DNA of 64,000 nt from a virus, in IMG/VR virus record IMGVR_UViG_3300031552_000001, positions 128,138-192,137 of that record; one strand, 5' to 3'. Under the pieces are notes generated by a model. That model was not told where the DNA came from and made no database searches. It saw only the letters and a program-made list of their open reading frames with translations. The translations under genes were made by a program, and so were the position numbers. Below are positions 37,957 to 46,725 of the stretch, in pieces; the first letter of the stretch is position 1; the number at the start of each line of letters is the position of its first letter.

Positions 37957-38670
37957 TCAAGCTAATATCCACGACAAAAACCTCTTCTTCAAATCAGAGC
38001 CGGCAGCGATGTCCTTTCGTATAGACTTTAGGGTATAAATGCCGGGCTTCCTAGAAATTCTTGCCATCTCCAAGTTATCTATGTCCCTTGTTGTTTCATG
38101 TACCGCATCATACCTTATTTTACGCGCTGTGTGTTTAAAGTAAACATCGGCTTTACCTTCAAGCTGATACCACAGTTTAACCAAAAGGTCTGCAATCTTA
38201 GAAGGGGGTAGGTTACAAAATCGCTCTCCTACAACAATCGGGATCTTCTCAATACCGTCAGATTGTCTACCTTCTCTATTCAGGGAGCGTATATGAGCTC
38301 CTTTGGATGGAGGGTCAAGAAACAGCTCACGGTTACACGAGGGGCAAACCGTGTGCATGTAGGCGAAGTTTGCGGTCTTTATGGGCTTTCCACAATCTTC
38401 GTAACCGCACCAATACATCTTGTCATCTCCCCCTCCGTGAAGTCTTTTCCCAGACTCCCATATAGTCACCATGAAGGGCACCAGCTTATGCAGACGAGCC
38501 GATCTTCTGCTATCAAAAACCAGCTCTATCTTATAATCCGCCTTGTCCTTTTTATCATCCTCTGCCTTTTTTATGTCTTCAGGGGTAAGTGGGCGACGGG
38601 GTCTGCCTACAGATATTCTCTGAGAAGCGGGGATTAGTGCTACGGGGCTGTCTGGGAGGTCGTACGCCAT
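37957..38670 (-). CDS. zinc-binding hypothetical protein
   Basis: CGYEDC and CPSC motifs. Confidence 0.6.
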   Translation of the reverse strand: MAYDLPDSPVALIPASQRISVGRPRRPLTPEDIKKAEDDKKDKADYKIELVFDSRRSARLHKLVPFMVTIWESGKRLHGGGDDKMYWCGYEDCGKPIKTANFAYMHTVCPSCNRELFLDPPSKGAHIRSLNREGRQSDGIEKIPIVVGERFCNLPPSKIADLLVKLWYQLEGKADVYFKHTARKIRYDAVHETTRDIDNLEMARISRKPGIYTLKSIRKDIAAGSDLKKRFLSWILA

Positions 38671-38677
38671 CTGTAAC

Positions 38678-39184
38678 TCAGCCCCTTACAGGGGCCGCCC
38701 CCTTTCTTCCACCTAAAGGCCCTCCTCCGGATGGAGTAGACGGACCAACAAGCGGGGATTCGGTGACTTCCCTCTTTGGTATAGCGGAAACAAAAGACTC
38801 ACATATCAAGTGGGCTGCCGCGCGAATGTCTTTGGATGCAAACGAAATGGTCCACGCATACTTCGTCTTGCCGTTCTTTCTGATAAACTGCTTACAGATA
38901 TGGGCGTCGCAATCTGAACTGGTCTCTACCGCCTTCAAAACAGGATCAACAATCTTTAGGAGGAACTCTTTCTCGTTATCCTGCTTTACCCTTCCCAGCA
39001 TATGCGCCTGACCTATTCCGGCCCTTACTTCTATGATCTCAAACAGCTGGGTAGCTTGCAGAGCGGAAGCGGTTTGATTAGCAGTATGCTCTGCGTAATC
39101 CTCTTCGCTTAAATCCGGGGCGTCGTACTCGCTAACACCACTTTGGTGTTGGTTGTCGTCAAAAAAAGGAGTCTGGTCTTCCAT
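38678..39184 (-). CDS. hypothetical protein
   Basis: ORF in operon. Confidence 0.6.
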   Translation of the reverse strand: MEDQTPFFDDNQHQSGVSEYDAPDLSEEDYAEHTANQTASALQATQLFEIIEVRAGIGQAHMLGRVKQDNEKEFLLKIVDPVLKAVETSSDCDAHICKQFIRKNGKTKYAWTISFASKDIRAAAHLICESFVSAIPKREVTESPLVGPSTPSGGGPLGGRKGAAPVRG

Positions 39185-39454
39185 TTAAGGCCTTCTTTCC
39201 ATTTGGATTACGTTATCGGGAGACCCCGTGTCTAACAGAGCCCTATAGTCCTCAACCAATCCCTCACATCGAACGATTGCCATAATAAGGCCGTTCTCTA
39301 CAACCTTAAACGCAGGCCAATCTTGCATGAGAGCTTGTCTAGCCGCACTGTCCATCTCTCGTACTCTGGAATGAATACAGTCCCTTGCCCGCTTAAATGC
39401 GAAAAGGTCTTTTTCGACCTCCCTGAGCTCCGTTATTATCTCGTCACGCTTCAC
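39185..39454 (-). CDS. hypothetical helical protein
   Basis: ORF in operon. Confidence 0.55.
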   Translation of the reverse strand: MKRDEIITELREVEKDLFAFKRARDCIHSRVREMDSAARQALMQDWPAFKVVENGLIMAIVRCEGLVEDYRALLDTGSPDNVIQMERRP

Positions 39455-39466
39455 GAATTCCGCCTA

Positions 39467-39652
39467 TCAGTTATCCGCTCGAGTGCCGCTAAACTCCCTC
39501 GTGCGAATCCCGTAACGAAGTATACACTTACTCAACTTCATCTCTTCTTGGGCACGAAGCACTTTTTGCCTAACAACCTCTCTCCACGTAAGGGCCAATT
39601 GAATCGCGTCAGGGGTTACACCAAACAATAAACGGTCAATCCACTTTAGCAT
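39467..39652 (-). CDS. hypothetical protein
   Basis: AAGGAG SD; fills the gap. Confidence 0.5.
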   Translation of the reverse strand: MLKWIDRLLFGVTPDAIQLALTWREVVRQKVLRAQEEMKLSKCILRYGIRTREFSGTRADN

Positions 39653-40130
39653 TCTGTACTCCTTTCGCTTCCAAATAAACTACTTGGGAAGATGGAACCC
39701 TCCCCTCGTACCTAACCTCTCGCCTGACCACCCTTCTAGGCTCATTGCCGTCCTCTTCGAACCTGACTATCTCAAGTAAGCTCCAAGGCTCCCCGTACGG
39801 AGTAATAACCCGGCCCATGCGATCAACAAACAAATCACAGGCGCTACTGTCCCACGCATGGTCCTTGAATTCCGCGTGAGCTTTCTTGAATACTCCAGCT
39901 CGTTCTAAATCAGTTTCTCTAATCTCCGCCATGTCTTTGGAGATTGCTTCGCCTAAACTCTTTATAAAATCCCCTACCTCTTTTTCATTTGAGGTATCTA
40001 GTCTAACTGGGTGGCTTCCATGGGACTCTGCGTAGTCCTCCGGCAGTAAGCACCAATTGACCAGTTGTTGAACCGTGTTCTTTGGGATTACTCCGGCCTC
40101 TACCAGCATCTTTGAAGCTACGTGTTTCAT
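39636..40130 (-). CDS. hypothetical protein
   Basis: ORF in operon. Confidence 0.55.
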   Translation of the reverse strand: MKHVASKMLVEAGVIPKNTVQQLVNWCLLPEDYAESHGSHPVRLDTSNEKEVGDFIKSLGEAISKDMAEIRETDLERAGVFKKAHAEFKDHAWDSSACDLFVDRMGRVITPYGEPWSLLEIVRFEEDGNEPRRVVRREVRYEGRVPSSQVVYLEAKGVQNAKVD

Positions 40131-40662
40131 CTTCTTTCTCGAGTTCCATAGAGGTTTTTATCGCCATGACTATATCTTCGGGGTCTTCACTTCTATATTT
40201 GGAGCAGCAAAGGATCAAAGTGTCTTCTGGCAGAGACTTCAGTCTTTTTACGCGCACACCCAGAAGGGAGTCTATTCTGCTCACAGGGAGTTTACGCCCA
40301 TCTACATCAAACCACTTTCTTAATAAGTCTTCTCCATCAACACCTATCGCCCAACCAATGCCATACATGTTTTCCTGCTGAGCTAGCAGCATCATATCTA
40401 CTACTATTTGAAACGGCTCAGCTCCGTCGCTATAGTATTCTTGCAATACGGGAACGTTGCTTAGTGCCCCGTCCCAAGAAACCGAATCTTCTTCTAATTC
40501 TAAATTCTCAGACCATCTGCGAGCGCGCGCAAAAGAATCGTCGTTGTCCAACTCTAGACTTTTTACGTGGCCTCCAGAAAGTATCTCACGAACCAAAGAG
40601 CAAATACCGTCTATGGTGTCGGGCAGCGCGTATTTTTCTGTACGGATAAACAACTTTCCCAT
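40003..40662 (-). CDS. hypothetical protein
   Basis: ORF in operon. Confidence 0.6.
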   Translation of the reverse strand: MGKLFIRTEKYALPDTIDGICSLVREILSGGHVKSLELDNDDSFARARRWSENLELEEDSVSWDGALSNVPVLQEYYSDGAEPFQIVVDMMLLAQQENMYGIGWAIGVDGEDLLRKWFDVDGRKLPVSRIDSLLGVRVKRLKSLPEDTLILCCSKYRSEDPEDIVMAIKTSMELEKEDETRSFKDAGRGRSNPKEHGSTTGQLVLTAGGLRRVPWKPPS

Positions 40663-40669
40663 TTGCCCC

Positions 40670-40879
40670 TCAAATCTGTTCTACGTCAGGCATCTTTTCT
40701 TTTTCTAGCAAAGACACAAAATGCTCCATCACTATAGCGGAGATAGATTTGTGTTTACGTTTCGCGTACCCGCAAAGTTCCCGCTTCAGGCCCGGCTCAA
40801 TCATTAAGTTAAGTCTGGCCGTCCTTAGCGGCCCTCTACCTGCTTTAGCCTTACGAGATTTTCTGCCTACTTTACCCAT
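40670..40879 (-). CDS. ribbon-helix-helix DNA-binding protein
   Basis: RTARLNLMIEPGLKRELCGYAKRKHKSISAIV has the strand-helix-helix RHH pattern. Confidence 0.7.
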   Translation of the reverse strand: MGKVGRKSRKAKAGRGPLRTARLNLMIEPGLKRELCGYAKRKHKSISAIVMEHFVSLLEKEKMPDVEQI

Positions 40880-40880
40880 T

Positions 40881-41192
40881 TCACTTTTCCGAAAAAGTAC
40901 GATTCGCTCCCATTTCCTGCTCAGGGTCTAAACATGCGTAAGAGTGCAGTAACCCTTCCAGTCCTGGTATTGGGTAGCGCTCCAGTATCAAACTAATGAC
41001 GGTACTGTTCATTTTACACACAAGATTCTCTAACTCTGGTTCCTCTTCAACTATCTCGCCCTTAAATTTCTCCGTCATTTTCTGGTCCACGTATTTATGT
41101 AAATCTAAGTCAGCGGCCAAAAAGTGAGGAAGCCACATCCAAGCTACTTCCCACTTACCTTCTTTGTGTTTTTTTTGATGGACTAAATACAT
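40881..41192 (-). CDS. hypothetical protein
   Basis: ORF in operon. Confidence 0.55.
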   Translation of the reverse strand: MYLVHQKKHKEGKWEVAWMWLPHFLAADLDLHKYVDQKMTEKFKGEIVEEEPELENLVCKMNSTVISLILERYPIPGLEGLLHSYACLDPEQEMGANRTFSEK

Positions 41193-41209
41193 GTAACCCT
41201 AAACCTCTC

Positions 41210-41581
41210 CTAGTTGTCATAGGGCAGCGCAAACTCCAGCTCTACACCATCCGCCATTACGCCCAACAAATCTCGAACGTGCATAAAGCAATGTCTGGCA
41301 CTCAACTTGTTAGCGTCCTTCATATGGCCCCTAAAAAGAACTCGGTCACCGGGGTTCAATTCGGTGACGATAAAGGGCTGTTTAGTCTTACCAGGAAGCG
41401 TTTCTTTATAGCCCTTGCCCGCAGACAAGACTTTACCTATGGCGTACCCAATTCTTTCATATAGGTTACCTTCTGGCAGGTAGAGGCCGCCGTCTGTTTT
41501 TCTGTTAGGGTCCTCTACCTCCACGAGTACCCAAGGCCCGTGAGCCTTAACTTTAGTTACGTCGATACGCTCTGTGCTCAT
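41210..41581 (-). CDS. groES: co-chaperonin GroES (Cpn10) homologue
   Basis: WVLVEVE...KTDGGLYLPE...GKVLSAGKG...LNPGDRVLF...DLLGV. Confidence 0.85.
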   Translation of the reverse strand: MSTERIDVTKVKAHGPWVLVEVEDPNRKTDGGLYLPEGNLYERIGYAIGKVLSAGKGYKETLPGKTKQPFIVTELNPGDRVLFRGHMKDANKLSARHCFMHVRDLLGVMADGVELEFALPYDN

Positions 41582-41880
41582 TAAACAGACTCCAACCCAG
41601 AACCTTCTTTATCTTGCAGCTCAGTCAACTTATCGTTGAAGGCCTTTTTAAACCAAGAGGTACCTTGCGTAGCTACAAACGAGCCGTTAATTTGATCTTT
41701 GAGAATGTGGACCCCTTCAGTTCCAGGAACCTTAAATACAATACGGACGCACGTTTTGCTTGCTCCGTCCGTATACTGAGTAAGAAAGGCCTCCAAAGGA
41801 AGAATACCCGTAATCTTATTGGGGCCTGCTTCTTTAGAATCTGCAAAAACAAATCCGCTGTTTTTTGACTCTTCGCTCAT
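41581..41880 (-). CDS. hypothetical protein
   Basis: Coupled ORF. Confidence 0.5.
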   Translation of the reverse strand: MSEESKNSGFVFADSKEAGPNKITGILPLEAFLTQYTDGASKTCVRIVFKVPGTEGVHILKDQINGSFVATQGTSWFKKAFNDKLTELQDKEGSGLESV

Positions 41881-42161
41881 AATTCTTCTCCTTTAACAGG
41901 TAAATTAGAAACAGTAGGGGTACAGCCGCACACTCGTATAATCACCTGCTGGTCCGGAGCGTCCGGAAACACTACAGGGTAATACTCCACCTTCTTTTGA
42001 CACAAAGGGCACGCTCCTTGTGTCGGGTAATTTAACGGTTCTAGCTTAGCTAGCCCTCCCTTTGACGTCTGGCAGTCTTTCAGTATTAGTTTCAGAAGCT
42101 CGTCCATCTTCTTCTCTATTCGAATGGACGCCTGAAGTAGCTGGCGAAGTATTAAGCTCAT
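41877..42161 (-). CDS. small zinc-binding protein
   Basis: CPLC and CGC motifs. Confidence 0.5.
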   Translation of the reverse strand: MSLILRQLLQASIRIEKKMDELLKLILKDCQTSKGGLAKLEPLNYPTQGACPLCQKKVEYYPVVFPDAPDQQVIIRVCGCTPTVSNLPVKGEEL

Positions 42162-42621
42162 TATCTACGATCTCCAAGCAGGAAGGGACGGCCTCCTCGA
42201 TGTAGTAAACACACGCGCCTTTAGCTGATGTCTCAAAATGTATTCTTGTTCCGTCTTCTAGCACCAACTCCCTCAAGATTACCCGTGTAGGTAACCCTAT
42301 TTCTTCTCCGTTAAGACTTACTACCTTCCGACTTAAAAGAAGGTCTTTCAGACGTTTTAATGAAGCAGGGTTCGTACTGTCCGGCCCGGGACCAAATCCG
42401 TTTGTGGCACGGTAGAAAGACCTAATAGGCATATCTTTAAGTCTGTACTCTTTAAGAGTAACGAACCCTTTCATTGAAGGCGCTAGTTGCATTCGCCCTC
42501 GGCACAGAGGAGTAACGCAAGAAAATGAGGATTCGTCCCCCAGTAGATAGGAGATCTCCTTAGAGTCTCCCCCTAACTGGATAATACTCTTACAGGTATG
42601 ACAAATTACGTACCTCATCAA
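42046..42621 (-). CDS. zinc-binding hypothetical protein
   Basis: CHTC and CVTPLC motifs. Confidence 0.55.
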   Translation of the reverse strand: MMRYVICHTCKSIIQLGGDSKEISYLLGDESSFSCVTPLCRGRMQLAPSMKGFVTLKEYRLKDMPIRSFYRATNGFGPGPDSTNPASLKRLKDLLLSRKVVSLNGEEIGLPTRVILRELVLEDGTRIHFETSAKGACVYYIEEAVPSCLEIVDNELNTSPATSGVHSNREEDGRASETNTERLPDVKGRAS

Positions 42622-43001
42622 AGGGAACCTGCTCCTGTAAGAGGGTCGTTATACTCCGCACCCGGCCCGTCCTGTTCAATATCGGGGTTCTTCTCAGAGG
42701 TATTTTCTTCCCCCTCAAGAAAGGCACCTTCCGCAGGTAAGGGAGCAAGTTCGAACCCCGTTTCTGGGTTTACTTCAACATCAGGTGCTTTAGTCTCCCT
42801 CATACGACTAAGAAGCTCGGCTTCCTTCATTAAGGCAATCACTGCTACGGCCGTATCGTCTTCTATGTGAATAGACAGCTCCCTGATGCCATTTGACAAC
42901 ACCAAGGCTTTCGGCGTGCTTTTCTTCGTTTCCAAATCAAAGATTTCACCGGCAATTCTAACAACTCGTATCATCGTGCCTCCTGAGTTGTTCAAACTCA
43001 A
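42618..43001 (-). CDS. hypothetical acidic protein
   Basis: Coupled ORF. Confidence 0.55.
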   Translation of the reverse strand: MSLNNSGGTMIRVVRIAGEIFDLETKKSTPKALVLSNGIRELSIHIEDDTAVAVIALMKEAELLSRMRETKAPDVEVNPETGFELAPLPAEGAFLEGEENTSEKNPDIEQDGPGAEYNDPLTGAGSL

Positions 43002-43402
43002 ATCCTTACATGGTTGCTTTTTTTTCTAAGTGCTTCTGCTTGCTGATTCCTTTCAGCAACCTTACGTAAACGAGAGCGAAGTTTCTTTGCCCCTCCAGCG
43101 TGTGCCGTCCATAACGGCCTCACACGGAATCCTTGGTGGGATGTCCATTGCTTGAGCGCCTCTTTTTCCATATCGGATTTTTTTACTCGCTCTGCTTCCA
43201 AGAACGGGAACATGGTGTCTTTGTAAGACTTCAAGGCTTCTTCCACAGGCTCGTAGCTCCCAGCGGCGGCTCCCAGAATAGCTGTCACTAGCGCTTGAGT
43301 TTGAAACAACTCCGATTCTCTTCTCCGAATAGAGACAAGCAAGAATACGGACTCCAGCAAACTTCTTGGCGCCGGGGGAGTTTTCGCCAAGTCGTATAGC
43401 AT
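42998..43402 (-). CDS. probable tail assembly chaperone T-part (likely reached by -1 frameshift from the upstream gene)
   Basis: Frame is open upstream of the ATG (KKWLETPAGWARAH) to the slippery site at 43438-43444. Confidence 0.55.
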   Translation of the reverse strand: MLYDLAKTPPAPRSLLESVFLLVSIRRRESELFQTQALVTAILGAAAGSYEPVEEALKSYKDTMFPFLEAERVKKSDMEKEALKQWTSHQGFRVRPLWTAHAGGAKKLRSRLRKVAERNQQAEALRKKSNHVRI

Positions 43403-43431
43403 GTGGGCTCTGGCCCATCCGGCTGGAGTCT

Positions 43432-44559
43432 CTAGCCATTTTTTAGTTCGTCTAACGTCAAAAGTTTATTCACGCGGTCCTGAAACCACATTAGTTGTAC
43501 AGAGAAATCCGCTACTAATTGAACGGGCCTAGAAGCTATGTAGCTAAACTTCTTCTCGAAATCTTTTTTGGACACTTGCTCTGTAGGAGTTCCTACGTCC
43601 TTTCGATGGTCTGGTAGTAGAGCATCGTTTACTGACACAATGCTACACACTAAACGGCAGGTATTTATAAGCTCTTGAACGTATAGGGCAGAACCCGGAA
43701 AGTCATACACGTACTTTAAAATCCACAGACTTTCCGCTTGAGAAAACGTCCTAAGAGTAATGTTCAGCTTTCCTGGCACTATTGAAATCGTCTGAGACAG
43801 CTCCCCCTTCATAATCATGTCAGTAATGTCCAGTTTGTCTAATCTTCCCTCGATGCTGTCCCTTCTCTTTTGACTCATCAGAGTAGACCGAATGTCGTCA
43901 ATCGCGGCAAAGTCTATCTGAGGCATTTCAGGCTCGAACTCTTTTTCAGCGTCATCTAGCTCGGTCCTGGTCTCTTCAGCTATAGAGGGCGAATTTTTCA
44001 CTCTTCGGGGGTCGTGTTCCCCTTCTCTTTGAGCTTCAGCGGCCATTTCTAGGGCTTGTACACTTTCTGGAGATAATTTGTGCTGTTGGGCAGCCATTTC
44101 GTTACCTTCTCTTAAAGAAACCGGCCCTTTTACTTTCCCTGATGCTAAGGCCTGATTTACAGGATAAGCGGCTCCAACCCCTCTAACTGGGGTAGGATCT
44201 TTAGCTTCTGGTTTGGGTACTGGTTTAAACGGGGGGCTCTCTGGCTGAGGTGTAGACTGTAAATCAGCCAAGGCTTTCATCTTATCTGAAGGGGGAGGAG
44301 GTACGTGCCCTAAAGGCGGAGCGTGCCCCTTAAGTATAGTGGACTTCTTCCTAGCGTCGGCTCGTTCTCTGACTCTTTTTGCATAAGATCTAGTGGTAAA
44401 GCTGGACACTGGCGGGCCATTTACTTCTTCGTTATACCCCATAGGGTCCGCCTTCATACCCGCAACGCGCGCTGCGTCTGGTGTTACACAAAACTCCCTT
44501 ATCTCTTTGTCGCCAAGAGTAGGGTTAGAAGGATTGCCTGTTTTAGGGCTGTTCATCAA
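43432..44559 (-). CDS. probable tail assembly chaperone G-part (Pro-rich disordered N-terminus, folded C-terminal domain ending ELKNG)
   Basis: Ends CTA AAA AAT GGC TAG, containing an A-AAA-AAT slippery heptamer. Confidence 0.55.
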   Translation of the reverse strand: MMNSPKTGNPSNPTLGDKEIREFCVTPDAARVAGMKADPMGYNEEVNGPPVSSFTTRSYAKRVRERADARKKSTILKGHAPPLGHVPPPPSDKMKALADLQSTPQPESPPFKPVPKPEAKDPTPVRGVGAAYPVNQALASGKVKGPVSLREGNEMAAQQHKLSPESVQALEMAAEAQREGEHDPRRVKNSPSIAEETRTELDDAEKEFEPEMPQIDFAAIDDIRSTLMSQKRRDSIEGRLDKLDITDMIMKGELSQTISIVPGKLNITLRTFSQAESLWILKYVYDFPGSALYVQELINTCRLVCSIVSVNDALLPDHRKDVGTPTEQVSKKDFEKKFSYIASRPVQLVADFSVQLMWFQDRVNKLLTLDELKNG

Positions 44560-44903
44560 GAATCCCCCTCAAACGCTTTATTCCAATCAGGCTCCACAGA
44601 GGTCTGCTTTGAAATACCTCTTGGTAAAGAGGTGGGAATCTCGGGCCTCAAAGCGGAGTTAGTAATAGGCCAATGCCTCTTGCACGTCTGGCAGTGAACG
44701 TTTACTCCTAGGTAGTTAGAGACAACCCTCCCCTCTTTTTTGCATTGAGGACAAAATCTGGATTTATCTATGTTGGATGTCAGGTCTGCTTCTTCCTGAG
44801 AATCCGGAGACGGCTTTCCGACAGGTAAGCCAGACAAAGCTTCCTTACTTTTTGTCTTAGACAAAGTACCACCTCTGCTTAAGGGAAAAAGATACCAACC
44901 CAT
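44556..44903 (-). CDS. small zinc-ribbon protein
   Basis: CPQC and CQTC motifs. Confidence 0.55.
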   Translation of the reverse strand: MGWYLFPLSRGGTLSKTKSKEALSGLPVGKPSPDSQEEADLTSNIDKSRFCPQCKKEGRVVSNYLGVNVHCQTCKRHWPITNSALRPEIPTSLPRGISKQTSVEPDWNKAFEGDS

Positions 44904-45321
44904 CGCTCACTACAGTGATCTTAGTGCTCAAGGCCCCCACCAAATGGATAGTTTTTTCAGGACTCCTAATAGATATAGTGGCCCCCAACCTGTCAACTAA
45001 AAGCTCTAGCTCCTCTGCTGTTACAGAATCCGAAGGCATTGTAACAGAGACACTTGCAACCCAAACCGGCCCGTTTATAACATCTCCATCGGGAAGGACA
45101 TACTTAGCTGGGGTCCTAATTAACGCTCTGAACTTCTTCTTAGCGCACCGGGCAAACGCTACTGCCGCCGCCTCAACCAGCATAGGGTTGTCTAAGCTTG
45201 TATGCTTTAAAGCTCCCACTACTTGTTCGAAAAGAAACCTAGGTTCCGCCTCCTCTGACAATTTTTGCTCAGGGGCCGTGCTCTCAAAAGTGGTAACAAT
45301 TTGCATACGATTTCTATACAT
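44857..45321 (-). CDS. hypothetical protein
   Basis: ORF in operon. Confidence 0.5.
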   Translation of the reverse strand: MYRNRMQIVTTFESTAPEQKLSEEAEPRFLFEQVVGALKHTSLDNPMLVEAAAVAFARCAKKKFRALIRTPAKYVLPDGDVINGPVWVASVSVTMPSDSVTAEELELLVDRLGATISIRSPEKTIHLVGALSTKITVVSDGLVSFSLKQRWYFV

Positions 45322-45351
45322 AGAAAATGCACGTAGAGCAAGAAGGCAAAT

Positions 45352-45627
45352 TCATAGCATTCTTCTTTTGGTGGCTTTTTTAATGGCCTTCTTGATTACA
45401 GGCGGCTTTGGCTTCTCTATAGGAGGTCCTCTATTCACACGCCCATCATTTTCAAAAACAGATTCACAGCTTAAGCAAGACAGGTCGCCGCCCGCTAATC
45501 GGGACAATAACTCCGGCTCTTCATTTCCACATATCGGACACCTTACGCGACCTCCTGTATGTCGACACCAATAGCACCCAGAACCCCCACAACTAGGACA
45601 AACCTGATATCCGTCTTTAAGTTTCAT
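45352..45627 (-). CDS. Cys-rich zinc-finger protein with basic tail
   Basis: CPSCGGSGC, CPIC and CLSC motifs. Confidence 0.6.
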   Translation of the reverse strand: MKLKDGYQVCPSCGGSGCYWCRHTGGRVRCPICGNEEPELLSRLAGGDLSCLSCESVFENDGRVNRGPPIEKPKPPVIKKAIKKATKRRML

Positions 45628-45640
45628 GGCCTCTACCGAT

Positions 45641-45668
45641 AGCTAAAAGAAGAGCAGTAGCTCTTCTT
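45641..45668 (-). terminator. intrinsic terminator after recA
   Basis: AAGAAGAGC-TACT-GCTCTTCTT then TTAGCT on the minus strand. Confidence 0.65.
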
Positions 45669-45674
45669 AAAGGT

Positions 45675-46616
45675 TCAAACCAGCTTCTTCGAAATGATGT
45701 AGCGTAACATAGCTTCCTTCTGGCCTATCTGTTCTACCGCTTTATCTAACCCAGGGCCTAATCTAGTATCTCCTAGAGTAAACCACGACCCCTCCTTCGA
45801 TATCAGTCCGACATCCAGACTTAAACGGAATAAGTCGAGAAGTTTATTTATACCCCCACGCTTTCCAAGCGGCAGTCTAATCATCCTTGCGGGCCGAGCT
45901 AGCGTATTCGCTACTATGTCCACAACTATATCTTTCTCGCCTCCTTTAGTGCTGCCCTTAGCCAAAAACATCCTAGTGCTAAACTGGCTCACGAGTTTTT
46001 TTGCAGCCGTATCCACCTCTGCTTTCACAAAAAAGTTGCGGGGGTCTACGCTATACTTGCCCCTTACCTGATTGGTCATAACAATGCTGGAAGATGGATT
46101 AAGAATCGGTAGGGCCTTCTCCAAAAAATAGCCAATCATTGATGGCCAACACTCAGAGCTGCCGTACGTAGGCCGTAGACTCGTAACAGTGTCAAAAGAG
46201 AGAAGTAGTCTTTCCTCCCTATGACGCCGCAAAAACGTCATTGCTTCGTGTAACACGTACTCGCCATGGCCCGTAACAGTAACCAGCGAGGCTAAATCGA
46301 CGCCTACCTCCTTCATGTAAGGGACGTCTAAATATTCCGTAGGGCATAGGGCTACAATAAAACCATTATTTTGGGCTTGCCTCAGTATCTCATAGAGAAT
46401 AGTGGTTTTACCGCAAGAATACTCTCCATAAAGTTCGACGGCCCCCGAAGGCAATCCCCCGCCAAGAGCTATATCTAAACTAAGTATGCCCGTATCTGTA
46501 GACCTACCTGCACTCACTTTTGAACTTTTCGATAGGCCTCCTAAAACGTCACACAGCTCAGAGTGCTTAGTACGAACAGAATTCTTCATGTCCTCTATAG
46601 ACTTTGTAAACAGCAT
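45675..46616 (-). CDS. recA: RecA/UvsX-like recombinase (divergent)
   Basis: STDTGILSLDIALGGGLPSGAVELYGEYSCGKTT (Walker A), IVMTNQVR, GLISKEGSWF. Confidence 0.88.
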   Translation of the reverse strand: MLFTKSIEDMKNSVRTKHSELCDVLGGLSKSSKVSAGRSTDTGILSLDIALGGGLPSGAVELYGEYSCGKTTILYEILRQAQNNGFIVALCPTEYLDVPYMKEVGVDLASLVTVTGHGEYVLHEAMTFLRRHREERLLLSFDTVTSLRPTYGSSECWPSMIGYFLEKALPILNPSSSIVMTNQVRGKYSVDPRNFFVKAEVDTAAKKLVSQFSTRMFLAKGSTKGGEKDIVVDIVANTLARPARMIRLPLGKRGGINKLLDLFRLSLDVGLISKEGSWFTLGDTRLGPGLDKAVEQIGQKEAMLRYIISKKLV

Positions 46617-46660
46617 AAATGTCTCCTGTTACTGAACTAGGCGTAAGTAGTACACGCACT

Positions 46661-46689
46661 TCTTATCCCGAATAGAACTGAAACCTTGC
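46661..46689 (-). promoter_or_regulatory. phage promoter motif GCAA-N15-CGGGATAAGA upstream of recA
   Basis: Motif match 45 nt upstream of the ATG. Confidence 0.5.
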
Positions 46690-46725
46690 GCCGGAAAACA
46701 GACGACTCGTTTTGTCATAAGTAAA

